A DNA stretch of 64,000 nt from the human T2T-CHM13v2.0 reference genome, Homo sapiens. The stretch is taken from the NCBI RefSeq assembly GCF_009914755.1, contig NC_060929.1; one strand, given 5' to 3'. The notes under the pieces were generated by a model that worked only from the letters and a program-made list of their open reading frames with translations, did not search any database and was not told where the DNA came from. The translations under genes and the position numbers were made by a program. This document shows positions 1-13,004 of this stretch, piece after piece (position 1 is the stretch's first letter; the number at the start of each line of letters is the position of its first letter).

Positions 1-639
1 AGAAAGGGAGACTTTGTTCCACAACATGACCTGGGGGTGCTGCTGGATGGATGCTGGCTCTGTGGGTGTCTGATTATGAGGTCTGTGGGAACAGTGGCTA
101 GATCTGTTCTCACTGAGATCAGGGATCTCCACCCCAGAATCTCACAAACCAAGGCCCTTGGTCTGTAAAAATGGACTGACCAATTGATGAGCAAAGCGGC
201 AAGTAAGGACCACGGGGTGGCCTCTGATGTCAGAAGAAAGATTGACAGATGACCAGGGCTGGTAAATTCAGGCTGACGTGGTATCTGGATGGATGAATGG
301 ATGAATGCCACATGGCAGATGGCAGATGGAAGATCCACTCAGGAGAGACTGGCTGGATGGCTGGATTCACACGTTCATCTCTCATCTCCCAAGCAAGTGC
401 CTGGCCTCTCTACTCCTATTTGGGACCCAGGGCATTCTCAGATGCCAGTTAGGTCAGACCCTGCTGTGGTTTTTCTTGCCTGCCAGTACAGGAGCTGTGG
501 CCCGAAGCCATGCTCCTTGGGAGAAACTTTGGCAGGTTTCTGGGGATGTGGGAGGCAGGGAGTAGAGACTGATAGAGTAAGGTTAGGAGTTGGGGGCACA
601 GAGGGGAGGACATCAGCAGTACAGGTAAGAGCATGAGTT

Positions 640-835
640 ATGGGGTCAGGCAGGCCTAGGGTAGAGTTGCATCTTGACTATTTACAGCTGTGTGGCTTTG
701 ATCAAGTCACCTCACCTCTCTGCTTCTGTTTTCTCATCTGTCAAGCAGGCATGATGATAATTCATACCTCATAGGGCTTTGTGAGGACTTAGCAAGATGG
801 TAAATGTAAGGCACTTGGCATGGTGCCCGGCACAT
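640..835 (+). mobile_element. MIR SINE
   Basis: Diverged MIR core: ctgtgtggctttgatcaagtcacctcacctctctgcttctgttttctcatctgtcaa...tgtaaggcacttggcatggtgcccggcaca. Boundaries approximate. Confidence 0.8.
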
Positions 836-1119
836 GGAAAGCCTTCAAGACAGGTAGGCCTGGAAAGGAGGAGCAGGAACATGGTGACTGTGGGCTGGGC
901 CTGGAGGGAAGTCAAGGAGCATTTTCTCCGTGTTCCCTTTCGGTCAGGACTCCAAGAGAAAGAACTCACAGAAAGGAACCTTGATGGGAGGCCAGCTGAG
1001 AGGGCATGGAAATAACTGGAACTCACTGGGCCTGTGTGGGCTATTTCTCAGCTTAAGAGAGGACCATAGGGAAGGAGGCCCTTGTACTCAAAGTCCTGCT
1101 GTCAGATCCAGAAGGGTCC

Positions 1120-1290
1120 TTAATGATGCCCCAACCCGGGAGATCATTAGAACTACCTGGATGATTCCATAAGCTCTACTCTCTGGGGTTACCCCAGACT
1201 CCCTGAATGAGAATCTCAGGAGTAGGGCTTGGGATATTAGTTTTGAAATCCTCCCAGGATGGTCTGATAATCAGCTGGGTCTGGGACTTA
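1120..1290. mobile_element. MER5-family hAT-Charlie fossil
   Basis: ccccagactccctgaatgagaatctcaggagtagggcttggg...cctcccaggatggtctgat resembles the MER5 internal sequence. Confidence 0.55.
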
Positions 1291-1479
1291 CTGGTCAAAA
1301 CCAGAGGCCCCTGTGCATCAGCACTGGGAAGAGCTGGCAGGAGGCGTGAACAAGCATTCTTCCAACACATCACTTTTCATATATGGTATCGGGGTTCTGC
1401 TTAAAAATTTGCATTTGAACATAAAAAAAAATCTACAGCTAAAAAGTTTGAAAAACACCAATTATGAAAATGGTAATAA

Positions 1480-1810
1480 CAATAATTACAGCTAACATTT
1501 ATTTGTTGTTTACTTTGAGCCAGGCACTATGCTAAGTGCTTCACATGGGTCATCTCTTTGAATCCTCTCAGTAGCTGCGGAGGTGGGTCGACTTGTTTAT
1601 ATAGAAGAGGAAACTGAGGTTCAGAGAGGTATGTCAAAGGTCACACCTTGTTAGTGGTAGATCCAGGATTCTGGGCTTCTGATTTCAGGCTGGGCCCTCT
1701 TCTTATTCTACAGTTGATGAAACGGTAGTCCCAAAGAGGTAAAGTGACTTTTCCAAGGTCACGAAGCAAGTTAGAGGCAGAGGAGGGATGAGAACCCAGG
1801 AGTTCTACCC
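1480..1810 (-). mobile_element. MIR SINE fragments
   Basis: Antisense MIR core: ccaggcactatgctaagtgcttcaca...gaggaaactgaggttcagagagg, plus a second fragment aaagtgacttttccaaggtcac. Confidence 0.75.
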
Positions 1811-2789
1811 ATCCTCCTGCTCTCCAATCTCACCCTGAAGATGCATTGGGCAGAGAAAAGTTAAGGACAGACTGATCTGAGGGAAAGCATCTCAGCTCCG
1901 TCCCTCTGCTGTAGGCAGAGTCCTGGAAACAGCGGGTGGAGTGGAAGGGGCTTGGAAGTTTCCTGACTTGGAGGGACAAGGAGAAGCTTAGGACATGGTG
2001 ACCATGGCCATGGCAGCCCTGCTGGCCTGGTAGGAGGAGTTGCTGTGGCCTGGTTTCCACAGATGTGGGCTGCAGCCGTTCTGTTGAATAGGAGGCTATT
2101 AAGGGAAAATGCTTTGCAAGGAGCTGAGCAGCTGGGAGAGATCATCAGAACTCTGAATGGGGAACTTTGTCCTGTCAGGCTCTGGCAGGCACTTGCTCCC
2201 TGGTCTGTCTCAAGGAGACTGGCTGGTCAAGAGGCCAAGGGGAGCTACCCCAAGAACCATTCCCTCCACTGCCTTCCTGTCCCTGGTCCCCACCCCCACC
2301 CCTGTGCTGCCCCATATCCAGGGTGGCCTGGGGGTTAAGAGCACAGGCTCTGGGGACTGACACCAGGGCCACATTCTGTAGGTGTGAAGCATGTTACTGA
2401 AACTCTCAATGTGTTAGTCTCATCATTTGCAAAACGGAACTAATAAGAGTATCTCCTTGTAATGCTGTTATGAAGATTGAGTGAGAAAATGGAGTTCATG
2501 CCTCAGTGGACTGGTTACTGTAGACATTATCTCCAGCTGAGGAATCACTCTTCCTGGTTTCTTTCCATCTCAGGCCCTCCCAGGGTGCAAATTCCTCTCC
2601 TGGGTCTCACCCTCTCTCCTTCCTTTCCCCAACAACCAGGCAGGGGCTCAGGACAGGTCTCCTTGTGGAGGCTGCGTGTGGAGAGAAGGAAAAGTATCAG
2701 CAGGACCATCCCAGCAGGGAGAGCTCCCAGGAAGGAGAACAAACTCTAGCCTGCATGGTGCATCATTGCTTATGGCTCCACTTCGACTC

Positions 2790-3195
2790 AGGACACTCGT
2801 CACACAAAGCTTGCATGTCTTCTCCCACCCAGGCGTTTGCCGGGGCTGTTTTCCTCTGCCTGAGACACTCTTTCTCCCTTTTGCCTGGCTACCTTTGCCC
2901 AGCTAACTCCTATTTGTCCTCCAGATGTTAGCTTATACAAGCCCATCTCCAGGAAGCCATTCCTGAGACCAGGGTGTCCTCCTGTGTGCCCCTCACCCTA
3001 GCACTGATAAAGCACCCAGCCCCCTTCACTTTAGGCCATGGGTATCATGAAAGTAGGCACCTTGACCTGTTTACTTATCCCCCAGCCCATAGCACAGGGC
3101 CTGGATTGGAATAATCAATCTATAAATATTGGTTGGATATTGAATGAGTGAATGAAGTGAATGAGTGAATGTGTGAATGGGTGAATGAAGGAATG
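2790..3195 (+). mobile_element. L2 LINE 3' fragment
   Basis: L2 3' motifs (ggcgtttgccggggctgttttcctctgcctg, cagctaactcctatttgtcctccag, catagcacagggcctgg) ending in a (TGAA)n-like tail. Confidence 0.7.
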
Positions 3196-3399
3196 ACTGG
3201 GTTCCCTGGCCCAGGGTGGGACGGGGAAAGGAGAATGTCTGGTAGGATGAAGAGAAAGCAAAGTGGGTGCTTCCGACAAGACCGTAAACACATCAAGTTT
3301 AGGGCCTTCTCCAGGACAATGACCAAACTGACCCCCTCTTGGGACCCTGTCTTGAAGTTAGGCTACCAATGTCTGTAGCCACATCATGATCCTAAGTTA

Positions 3400-3610
3400 A
3401 TGTTTACTGAGGACCTACTGTGTGTCAGCCACTATGCTCAGCACTCACACACACACACTTACTGTGTGCTACCTCACTGAATTCTTAAAGCAGCTCTTTG
3501 AGACAGGTACCATAATTATCTTCACTTTACAGAACAGAAAACTGAAGTTCAGAGAAGTCAAGATGTCTTGCCCAAGGCCCATCCAGCTAGCAAATGATAG
3601 GGCTGGAGGT
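3400..3610 (-). mobile_element. MIR SINE
   Basis: tttactgaggacctactgtgtgtcag...tttacagaacagaaaactgaagttcagagaagtcaag. Confidence 0.75.
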
Positions 3611-5998
3611 ACGGTTAGTGGTCAGACATGTTTGCTTGTTTTTAGAGCTATGCCTCTTAGCCACCAGACCATCTTGCCTTCCTTGTAGGATGGAGCGGAA
3701 GTCACCATTCCTCCCTCCCAGGAAGTGGAAATTGCTGGGAAAGAAAGCTGGAGAAAGTTCAGACCATTTAGTTAGCTTTTGGTGAGCAACCATGGTGCAC
3801 TGGGCCCGGCAGGGAACGCAGAGTTGGCGGCCAGGCCAGCCATCCAGCTCCCCATCTAAGCAGACAGACCGACCCCAGGAAGAGGGGTGGGTGATGACAG
3901 CGGACTGGTGGGGTGCCAGCCCATGCGGTGGTGATGGCTGGTGTTCGTCACCGGGTGGCTCGAGGGTGGACGGTGGTGGGCCCAGGAATGGGGCATGGTA
4001 CACAGAGCTGTTCTCGGTGGGGCTGCTTGGATGGCTGTACACGCTGGAGGCTTCACCACTCGGCGTGTGCCGAGCACAGACATGGCTCTTTGGCACTCAA
4101 GTCACTAACAGAGATGACTCCTTTTCCCATTGCCGCAGAGAACGTTTTCCTGCTTTTTAGGCTCAGCAGAGCACTCTTAACTTGCTCATTCTCACCCAAC
4201 AGCTGTAGGATCCCAAGCTTTCAGAGTGTCCTTCTCTCCTGACAACTGTAAGCACCATCCTTTCAGCAGAGCACAGAGCCCCTTAGTCTGTGAGAAACCC
4301 TGGGGGCTGCTTTCCCTGATTGTCCACCGGGCTGGAAGCAGGCGGCCCATTAGGCTCAGGCTTTGGTCTTGTAGAAATTACCCAGCAAGGTGTGAGGAAC
4401 AGCAATGATGGGGCGGCCCAGCCAAGTGCTAATTTCTTGCCATTCTTCAGGAGAAGCATGGCTTCTTAGCTCAGGCCCAGCGGCTGGTGTCACTGGGGCC
4501 GGTGGCTGGGAGCTGAATATAGCAGGAAGAGCCCAGACTCCTAGACTTAGAGCCGGGACCTTGAGCACTCAAAAAGTGGGGGGCACCACCCTGAAGTTCC
4601 CATGGCTTGGTGGCTTGGCTCAAGATGGCAGTCCTCTAACCCTCAATCAGCCTTGTCTAGGTGCCACAGGGCCAAGCCAGGGGCTAGATGTAGTGCCAGG
4701 GCAAGTGATTGGCATCAATTGCAGTTAGGAGGTAAAATTGTTGTTGGAGAAGGGGTTGGGTCAGATGAGAAATAAGGACTGGGAAAGAAGTTGGGGGTGG
4801 ATTTCCCTATGAGATGGATATTACAGTAAGAACTAGGGTTGAAGTCTGGGATGAGTGATGGATTGGTTAAGATTAGATTGGGGTTGGAAATGATATTAGG
4901 ATTCTAATTGCTCTTAGAGTTTGAGTTGGAGCATTTTGGCTTGATTTTGGTATGAAGTGTGGGATTAGGGTTGAAACTGTAGTCGGATGAGGCTTGGATT
5001 TAGAGATGAGGAGTGGGTCAATAGGGTTGTGGTTGATTGTAGGTTTGCTGTTGGTATGAGGCTTGGTGTCAGAGTGAGATTACATTTGGCTCTGAGTTAG
5101 ACTTGGAAGTGATTGGGAAATGATGAGAAGCAAGTTTTCTCTTCATCTACCAGGGTGTACATCTCCTGAGCAGGTGGAAAACCCAAAGGGAGAATACTGG
5201 GGCCTTCTCAAAAGTTAGCTGCCATCTACCTATCACCTGTCTCATCCATTTACCTCCACCTTCCAACCCTTACTCCCATCTCCCCTGACTTCCTTCTCTT
5301 GCTCTTGGGCAAAGCCAAGGCTCAAATGCTGTCTCCTTACTGATCACAGCAGACATGACTGTCTGCGGCCCGTACCATACCCTTTTCCAGGCAGCTGCTT
5401 ATTGCAGAGTCCTCCAGGCTGGAAAGTGGAGCTGAAAACAAGGCATTCTGGGTAGATCTCCATCAGCCGGGCCCTCATCCTAGGGGTGAGTGGGGACATG
5501 GAGTGCCCCCCCACAACTCTTTCCTGGCCCTCGCCAGGGCCCTGACCTCTCTCCTCCTTTCTGCAGAGGCCCCAGCCCCTGCATGCCTCCTCTCGCTTCT
5601 CAGGGTGACAACCTGACATCCTCCAGCACTCAGCACTGGGGTCAGGCTTTTAAAGCTGTCACTGGGGAGACTGTGGCCCCTCTCCCCCTCACTCCCCTGC
5701 CCCGTGTCCCTTCATGCAGAAACACGCATCAGGGCATGAAGCAGAGGACGTGGATGGCACTGTGATGCCTTTTAAATGCAGGCAATTAGTGGCTAAATAA
5801 AATATAGAACGAGCATCTCTGCCTGTTTCTGGCAGGGACTCACTAAAGACTGCCAGAGTTAGGGACCTTGGAAACTGATGGGGGAACAAAAGAGAGTGGG
5901 ACTCCACCCAGTCCCCTGGTGTGGAGTCTCTTGCTGGGATAAAGTTGTAGAGAAGAAAGGCTTGCAGACTCAATAAACCTCTTAACCTCATTCAGGGA

Positions 5999-6340
5999 TG
6001 TCTTAGTCTGTTTCAGCTGCTACAACAAAATATCATAAAATAGGGAGCTTGAAAACAATAAAAATTGATTTCTCACAGTTCTGGAGGCTGGAAAGTCCAA
6101 GATCAAAGTGCCAGCAGATTCAGTGTGTGGCAAGGGCCCACTTTTCCTAGACGGTGCCTTTTTGCTGTGTCTTCACATGGCAGAAGGAGTGAAGGAGCTC
6201 TCAAGGATCTATTTTATTAGGATACTAATTCCATTTACGAGGGTTCTGACTTCCTGACCTAATCCCCTTCCAAAGGCTCCACCTTGGAGGTTAGGATTTC
6301 AGTATATGAATTTGGAGGAGACGAACATTCAGTCCATTGC
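5999..6340 (-). mobile_element. MLT1A-like MaLR solo LTR
   Basis: tgtcttagtctgtttcagctgctacaacaaaatatcata...tttctcacagttctggaggctggaaagtccaagatcaaagtgccagcagatt...aacattcagtccattgc, the typical MLT1A termini and body. Confidence 0.85.
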
Positions 6341-6389
6341 GGGGGAGCACAGGGGGTCTTGGGGGAGAGTCCTGCAGAATAGTAAGAAG

Positions 6390-6580
6390 CAGAGGATAGT
6401 GGCTTTAGAACATGACAGGCCTGGGTTTGTACTCCGGCTTTGCCACTTACCAGCTGTGTGACTTGGGCAGGTAGCTTACCCTTTCCAAGCCTCAGTTGCC
6501 TGGTCTGTAAAATGAGGTAATAGTTGTACCAATCTCTTAGCAATGTTGTTAGATTTAAATGAGGTACTAAATGCTCCATA
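6390..6580 (+). mobile_element. MIR SINE
   Basis: gccacttaccagctgtgtgacttgggcaggtagcttaccc...cctcagttgcctggtctgtaaaatgagg. Confidence 0.8.
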
Positions 6581-9500
6581 CCCCTCAAAAAAGGACCTTC
6601 CAGAAGGGAGTGAGGCTGGGGCATGAAATAGTTGGAGATATTGCTGAGAGGTCCTGGCATGGATGAGAACTCAGGCCACAGCAGCTGAGCAGACCTACTC
6701 CTGGGCCAGGGGCTCTTTCTGTGCTAAAGCCCCCTCTCAGGTGTTCCAGGAAGAAACAGGTGGTTAGAGTCTGACCATTAGAGCATGAAAGAGAAAGAAC
6801 TTAGACCTAGTGATTCTGGTAGTAAGTTCCCTACTTGGTCCTCCTCCCCGGCACCCTCCTACTGGAATGCCATGCACAGATAACCACCTTGGATGACTTA
6901 ATGTCCCGGAGCCTCAGTTTCCCCTGTATGCCTTTAACAAAAGCATGTATCTTGACTTCAGAGAGCCCTTAACAAACACACTAGCTGGTAACACCCTCAC
7001 AGAACTCGGGCACCTTGCTTCTTGGTTAACCTGTTGGTCTCCCCATACTGCTCCCATGCTGAGTAGGGCCCTCTCTGGGGTGCTTCTCAGGGGATGTGGC
7101 AGGAGTCGTGAGGCAGCTCAGCAGACTGCGGGTTGGGGAATAGAAGAGGCCAGGAGCTGGGAGGCCAGTCACTTGGCTTTTGCTCCCACATGGTCCCCCA
7201 TCCTGAGCTCCAGCTCAGCCCTTTTCTTTAAATAAAAGGAATGACGTCATCCTTGTGCTTAGCTGCTGAGCTAGAGGGAGGTGATCTGAGATACTGTGGA
7301 GGGGAAGCAAGAGGAGCTGGGGCTGGGGGTGGGGAAGCCATGGGACAGATGAAGGACAGATACCGAGTCCCCTCTGGGGATACCTTTGTGTGTGTGCATG
7401 TGTGTGTCTCCTGGGGTCCACCCATGTGTATGTGTTGGTGAATGGGCAAACTGCAGACTCACAAAATGTGAATGCTTAGATGAGACTTCACAGTACTGCT
7501 AGAAAAAAGGCTCATAGGTAACATGGTGGAGTCAGATCTAGACAAGGTTCTTCATGTTTCTGAGTCTCAGTTTTTGCATCTGAGGGGGTAACAATGATTT
7601 GGTCTTGCAAGCATTTTGTGAAAGGATTGGAAGAGAGAATGGCTGTAAGTACCTGTTACCTTGTAGGTTCTCAAATAAATGGTGCTATTAGGAATATGGA
7701 CAGAAGCAATGCTGGGTAGCAAAAGAACACTGGCTAGCATCAGGAGGCCTGCTCTGGGATCAGCCCAACCCTTCCTGGCCCAAGTCCTGGGCCCAGGCTC
7801 TGCCAGGTCAGGGAGTGCATGGTCCTCCCCAGTAATTTCAGTGCACCTGCCAGCAGCTCCCCTCTGAGTCCTGGGAGCTGCCTCTGCTCTCCTGCTCCAG
7901 GCACAGCCCTGGATCATCCTGCAGAAGCCCTGGGTTCTGTTTTTCCTGAGCTTCTCGGAGGCCTCTCTTCAGGGTCTGCTCAGGCTCCTGACGGCTCCTT
8001 CCCATCTGAGCTCTCGATCCTTCTCAGGGTCCCTTTTCTTCTCCCTCCCCCAGGCTCACAAATGCCTCCTCTTCCTTTTGCTCATCTCTGCTTCCTTTCT
8101 TCCGGGTTCCCTCCCTGTGAGTGTTTGCTTTTTCCCTCAGTTACTCTCCCTTTCTCTTTTCCTATTTCTGTCTCTCCTTGTCCATCTCTGATCTCTGTCT
8201 TAATTCAGCCTCCATCCCTGCCTCTCTCTCCTTCCCTGTTTCCCTGTCACGCCTTGCTCTGTCCTGTCCCTGTCTCTGATAGGAGCTCTCTCGCTGCCTC
8301 TGTCTACCAGCCCTGTGTATTTCTCCATCTCACACATGTTCTGCTCCCTAAAATGTGAGTCCCAAGCCTTGAACAAAGGCCCGAGGGGCCAGGGCCGGGC
8401 TAGCTCTCCGGCAGGGAAGGGCCCCTACCCCCACCCCCAGCCCTCTTCCTCACCCATGTGGGGTGCAGCCCTGGCTTTCTGTGCTTCCTGAGCACGGGTA
8501 TGTGTGGGCCGAGGGCAGAAGGCCCAGCTTGCCTGTCATCTGGAGAGACGTGTGTGCAAAATGTTAGTTCTATGGCTCTGATTCAGCTCCGGGGCGGCTC
8601 ACGGAGGGGGGGTGATGGGGACCTGGAAAAGGGAACTAGCTGGGCTGAAGTTGGAGTCCTGGGACTTTGGCAGAGGACTTGGGGATGCCTGGAGAGGACC
8701 CTGGGTGGGATAATGGAGGGGTTAGGTGGAGGTGGTAGCACCTTGGGATGCAATCAGATGGGATGAAAGTGAAGGAGGTTCAGTGAAAAGGGCCTAGAAG
8801 GGAGAAGGGGCATTTGGTGTGATGAAGGGGACACTGGCTGGAGTGATGGGACATTGCATGAGGTTTGTTCAAGGGATGGTGAATGTGGATGAAGTGGATG
8901 GGTCAGAAGGAGGTATTAAAGGAGATGAAGAAACCTGGATGTGGTGAAAGGCCACTGGGTGGGCTCCTTGGAGCTCCATCTACCTGCTCCTAGCCTGTCT
9001 CCCCGGCTGCACCTAATGGCAGGCCTCTGCTCCCAGTACTCACTTTGCTGCTTCTAGCCCTCACCTCTCAGTCCTGAGGCTTCCCCATCTCTCCTTTCCC
9101 TGTGCAGTTTTGAGTTGCCAGAGGTCCTCCCTATTTAGGACATTCCCCTTAGAGATCCTCTTATCACTGTGGTCTGGCCCTGCAGGTGGTTCTGTGTTTC
9201 AGGGTTGACCCTGTAGAACTGTCTGTCTGGTCCAGAAAGAAGAGCCCAAGTTCCCCCTTGCCCTGGTCTGGTTGATCAGCAGTTCTCACCTGAGGTTCAG
9301 AACAGCTCCTGAACCTGGGTCTGTGAGCAGGGTGTTCTGCTGGTGAGCATCAGAACAGGGATGGAGCCTTCAACAGTCATTAAGGCTGGCTGATGACTTC
9401 ACAGGGAGTCCCAATAAGTGCCAGGGGCCAGTGTGTGTCCAGGCCACAGATGGCACATAGTCACCCAGAGGCCAAACTCACCTGCTGCTTCCCCTCCCCC

Positions 9501-9619
9501 GGACCCTGCAGCCTATGTCTGCATCCACCGGGTCCTGAAGAGAACCACTATGACCCTTTGGTTTTGGGGGAGAGGAGAGCAATTTCAAATAAACGATAAC
9601 AATAATAATATAGGTAAAA

Positions 9620-9840
9620 GCTTTCGCTCATTGATTGCTCACTCTGCTAGGCTATGAGAAAGCTGGACATTTTAAACTCAAAATCTCCCTGACCATCTGA
9701 GGTGGACACTGTTTTTATACCCACATCACAGAGAAGAAAAAGTCTCATAAGTCCCCTTCATCACACCCAATGCCCCCTTCTCTCCTTCACAGAGAAGAAA
9801 ACTGAGGCTCAACAAGGTCAAGTCACGTGCCTGGATTCAT
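9620..9840 (-). mobile_element. MIR SINE interrupted by a small templated insertion
   Basis: cacagagaagaaaactgaggctcaacaaggtcaagtcacgtgcc is the antisense MIR core; a 15-bp segment is duplicated around an insert (see findings). Confidence 0.65.
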
Positions 9841-11072
9841 AACAGGGCCCATTTTCCTCCACAGCTTGCACTTTTAGCCCCTGCAGGCCCTAGGCAGCCC
9901 CTACAGTCAGTCTCCTCTGGTGGGACCCTGGGAGGTGTGAGTGGGGCAGGGATGGGTCCCGAACATTCCAGGAAGACGCTCATTCCAAGCTACAGCTTTG
10001 GGAGGGCTGGGTGCCTGTCGCTCCTCCCCCAAGGCATGGGACAACCTCCAGGGCACAAGAAGCACGACCAGTCCCACAGGGCCTGAAGATCCCCCCTGCC
10101 TCCATCAACACCCTCAAGAAGCTGCTAATTGTTTGCACTTGTAGCCAATGGAGGGCAGGTGACCTAAATGTAGGCCACTTTTCTGGGCTGTAGGTAGAAA
10201 CCCGGGGTGAGAGTGAGGGGCTGTCCAGGGTCCATTCCTGCTTTATCAGCCTTGCCCTACAAGCTGCGGGACCCCTGCCAGCCTGTGGAAGTGCACCAAG
10301 ACCCTCTCCACGTGTCTCCGTGTGGGTGCGCTGGGCTGCTGTGTTCCTGAGGCACCGGTGGGTGCGTGACGATGGCAGCTCCCACCCAGCAGAGCCGCGA
10401 ACAGAAGGGGAGAGCTGCCGGCAGCTTTAAATAGCTCCTCACTGTATCTCACTTGCTGAAGTCCCATCCCCCCCTCCAATACTGGCTGTCCCAGGGAGGG
10501 GCTGTGAGCCCCAGAAATGAGGCCAAGACAGAGGGGCTCAGCCCCCAACTCAGAAACACCTACCAAGCAACACCTGCTCAGCGCTATGCCTGAGACACAG
10601 CCCACTTTTTTCCTCGGGGGCAGGAGGATCCAGGAAATCTCTTAGGGATTGTGGGTTGTCAAGAGACAGGTTTCCCTGGGCCTGCATCTTGGCTGGAAAG
10701 ATGTAGCAGGCAGGTTTGTATTCAAGCCTTCCCCTAAAGGGGACACACTGGTCACCCTGCTAGCCCAGGTACGGCCCTAGCCCTTCTGACACTGAGAAGC
10801 AGCTCACTACCTGCTGCCCCCAAGAGCAGTCAGTGGCAGCCCCCTTGGTCATCAGCTCACCTCCTCACCCTGGCCCGCATCTCTATGCACAGTTCTTCCA
10901 CGATCTGATCTTCCACATTCATTTCTCATCACTCTCCCCAAGCTACTTACCTCACTTGAGGTCCTTCTTGCTGTTTCTCAAACATGTCCAGCTCATTCCC
11001 ACCTCAGAACCTTTGCACTTGCCGTGCCCTCTGCCTGGAATGCTCTTCTGTGGCTTTTCCCATGGTTGGAGC

Positions 11073-11643
<571 letters not shown>

Positions 11644-11691
11644 GTTGGATCCTTCTCATAATTTAGGCCTCAGTTTAAATGTCACCTACTC

Positions 11692-11971
11692 CAGGGTTCC
11701 CTAACCCCCAGGCCACAGACCGGTACCACCTGAACTCTGCCTCCTGTCAGAGAATGCTTTAGATTCTCATAGGAGCGTGAACCCTATTGTGAACTGCGCA
11801 TGCAAGGGGTCTAGGTTGCGTACTCCTTATGATAATCTAATGCCTAATGATCTGAGGTGGAACAGTTTCATCCTGAAACCATCACCACCACTGCGACCCC
11901 CACCCGGGGTCCATGGAAAAATTGCCTTCCATGAAACTGGTCCCTGGTGCCAAAAAGGTTGGAGACCACTG
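11692..11971. mobile_element. MER1B-like hAT-Charlie element (internally deleted)
   Basis: cagggttccctaacccccaggccacagaccggtacc...ttagattctcataggagcgtgaaccctattgtgaactgcgcatgc...ggtgccaaaaaggttggagaccactg; perfect 8-bp TSD ACCTACTC (11684-11691 / 11972-11979). Confidence 0.9.
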
Positions 11972-12019
11972 ACCTACTCCAAAAGGCCTTCCTTGAAGCC
12001 TGCATTTAAAATATCTTCT

Positions 12020-12310
12020 GGCCGAGCATCGTGGCTCGTGCCTATAATCCCAGCACTTTGGAGGCCAAGGCAGGAAGATCACTTGAGCCCAGGAGCTCGA
12101 GATCAGCCTAGGCAACATAGTGAGACCCCATCCCTACAAAATATTCTTTAAAAAATAGCTGGACATGGTGGCTTGCTCCTGTAGTCCCAGCTACAGACTG
12201 AGGTGGGAGGATCACTTGAGCCCATGAGTTTGAGGCTGTAGTGAGCTACGATTCCCACCTCTGCACTCCAGCCCTAGTCTGGGCAACAGAGTGAGACCCT
12301 GTCTCAAAGA
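12020..12310 (+). mobile_element. AluJ
   Basis: AluJ diagnostics in both arms (gatcacttgagccca, gtgagaccctgtctc). Confidence 0.93.
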
Positions 12311-13004
12311 TAAAATATATCCCATATCCATTTGCTGGCCCATTACCCCAATTTAGTTCCTTCACAGAATTTACACCATCTGACAATAACTTATTTATCT
12401 GTTTATTTGTTCCATGTCTCCTGTAACTAGAATGTAAGCTCTATGAGGGCAGGGACTTTGTCTTTCCACTGCTGAATAACCTGTGCCACCAGCAACAAGG
12501 TCTATAAAATTGGTGAAAGAATAGCCTGAATTACTTGACCAGAATATAGAGTCCCTCCTCTCAGCCACTCTAACATCTGTGCTCTTCCTTATTGGGCCCC
12601 CTCACACTTTACTAGGGTGGAAGGAAGAAAGGAATTCATGCACAGGCCTCAGACACAATCCACTTGTCCTCTCAGAACCTCAGTTTCTTCATCTGGAAAA
12701 TGGGAATAGTGCTGACCCATTCTGAGAATGCAACAAGACAGCATACGTAAAGCAAAAGACCAGCCCACTGAAAGGGTGCAGTAAATTCAAGTTTCTTTTC
12801 CCCCTTCTCACTGTCCACCTCGGAGATTGTTCTTGGCTAAGGCAAAGAAACCTCAAGGCCTTGAGTCCCAAATACCTTGAAACACAGTAGGTGCTCAATA
12901 AACATTTTCTGGTTGCTGGTTGACCACGTCCGTCCTTCCCCTTCCAGCAAAATCTTAAACAATAGCCCAGTGGAAATTCACAACATCGTCTCCTCTTGCT
13001 CTCT

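Noticed and set aside
9275-9344. Possible pre-miRNA hairpin (AGGTTCAG/CTGAACCT core)
   Set aside because: The stems are short and separated by large asymmetric internal loops, so it is not Drosha-like.
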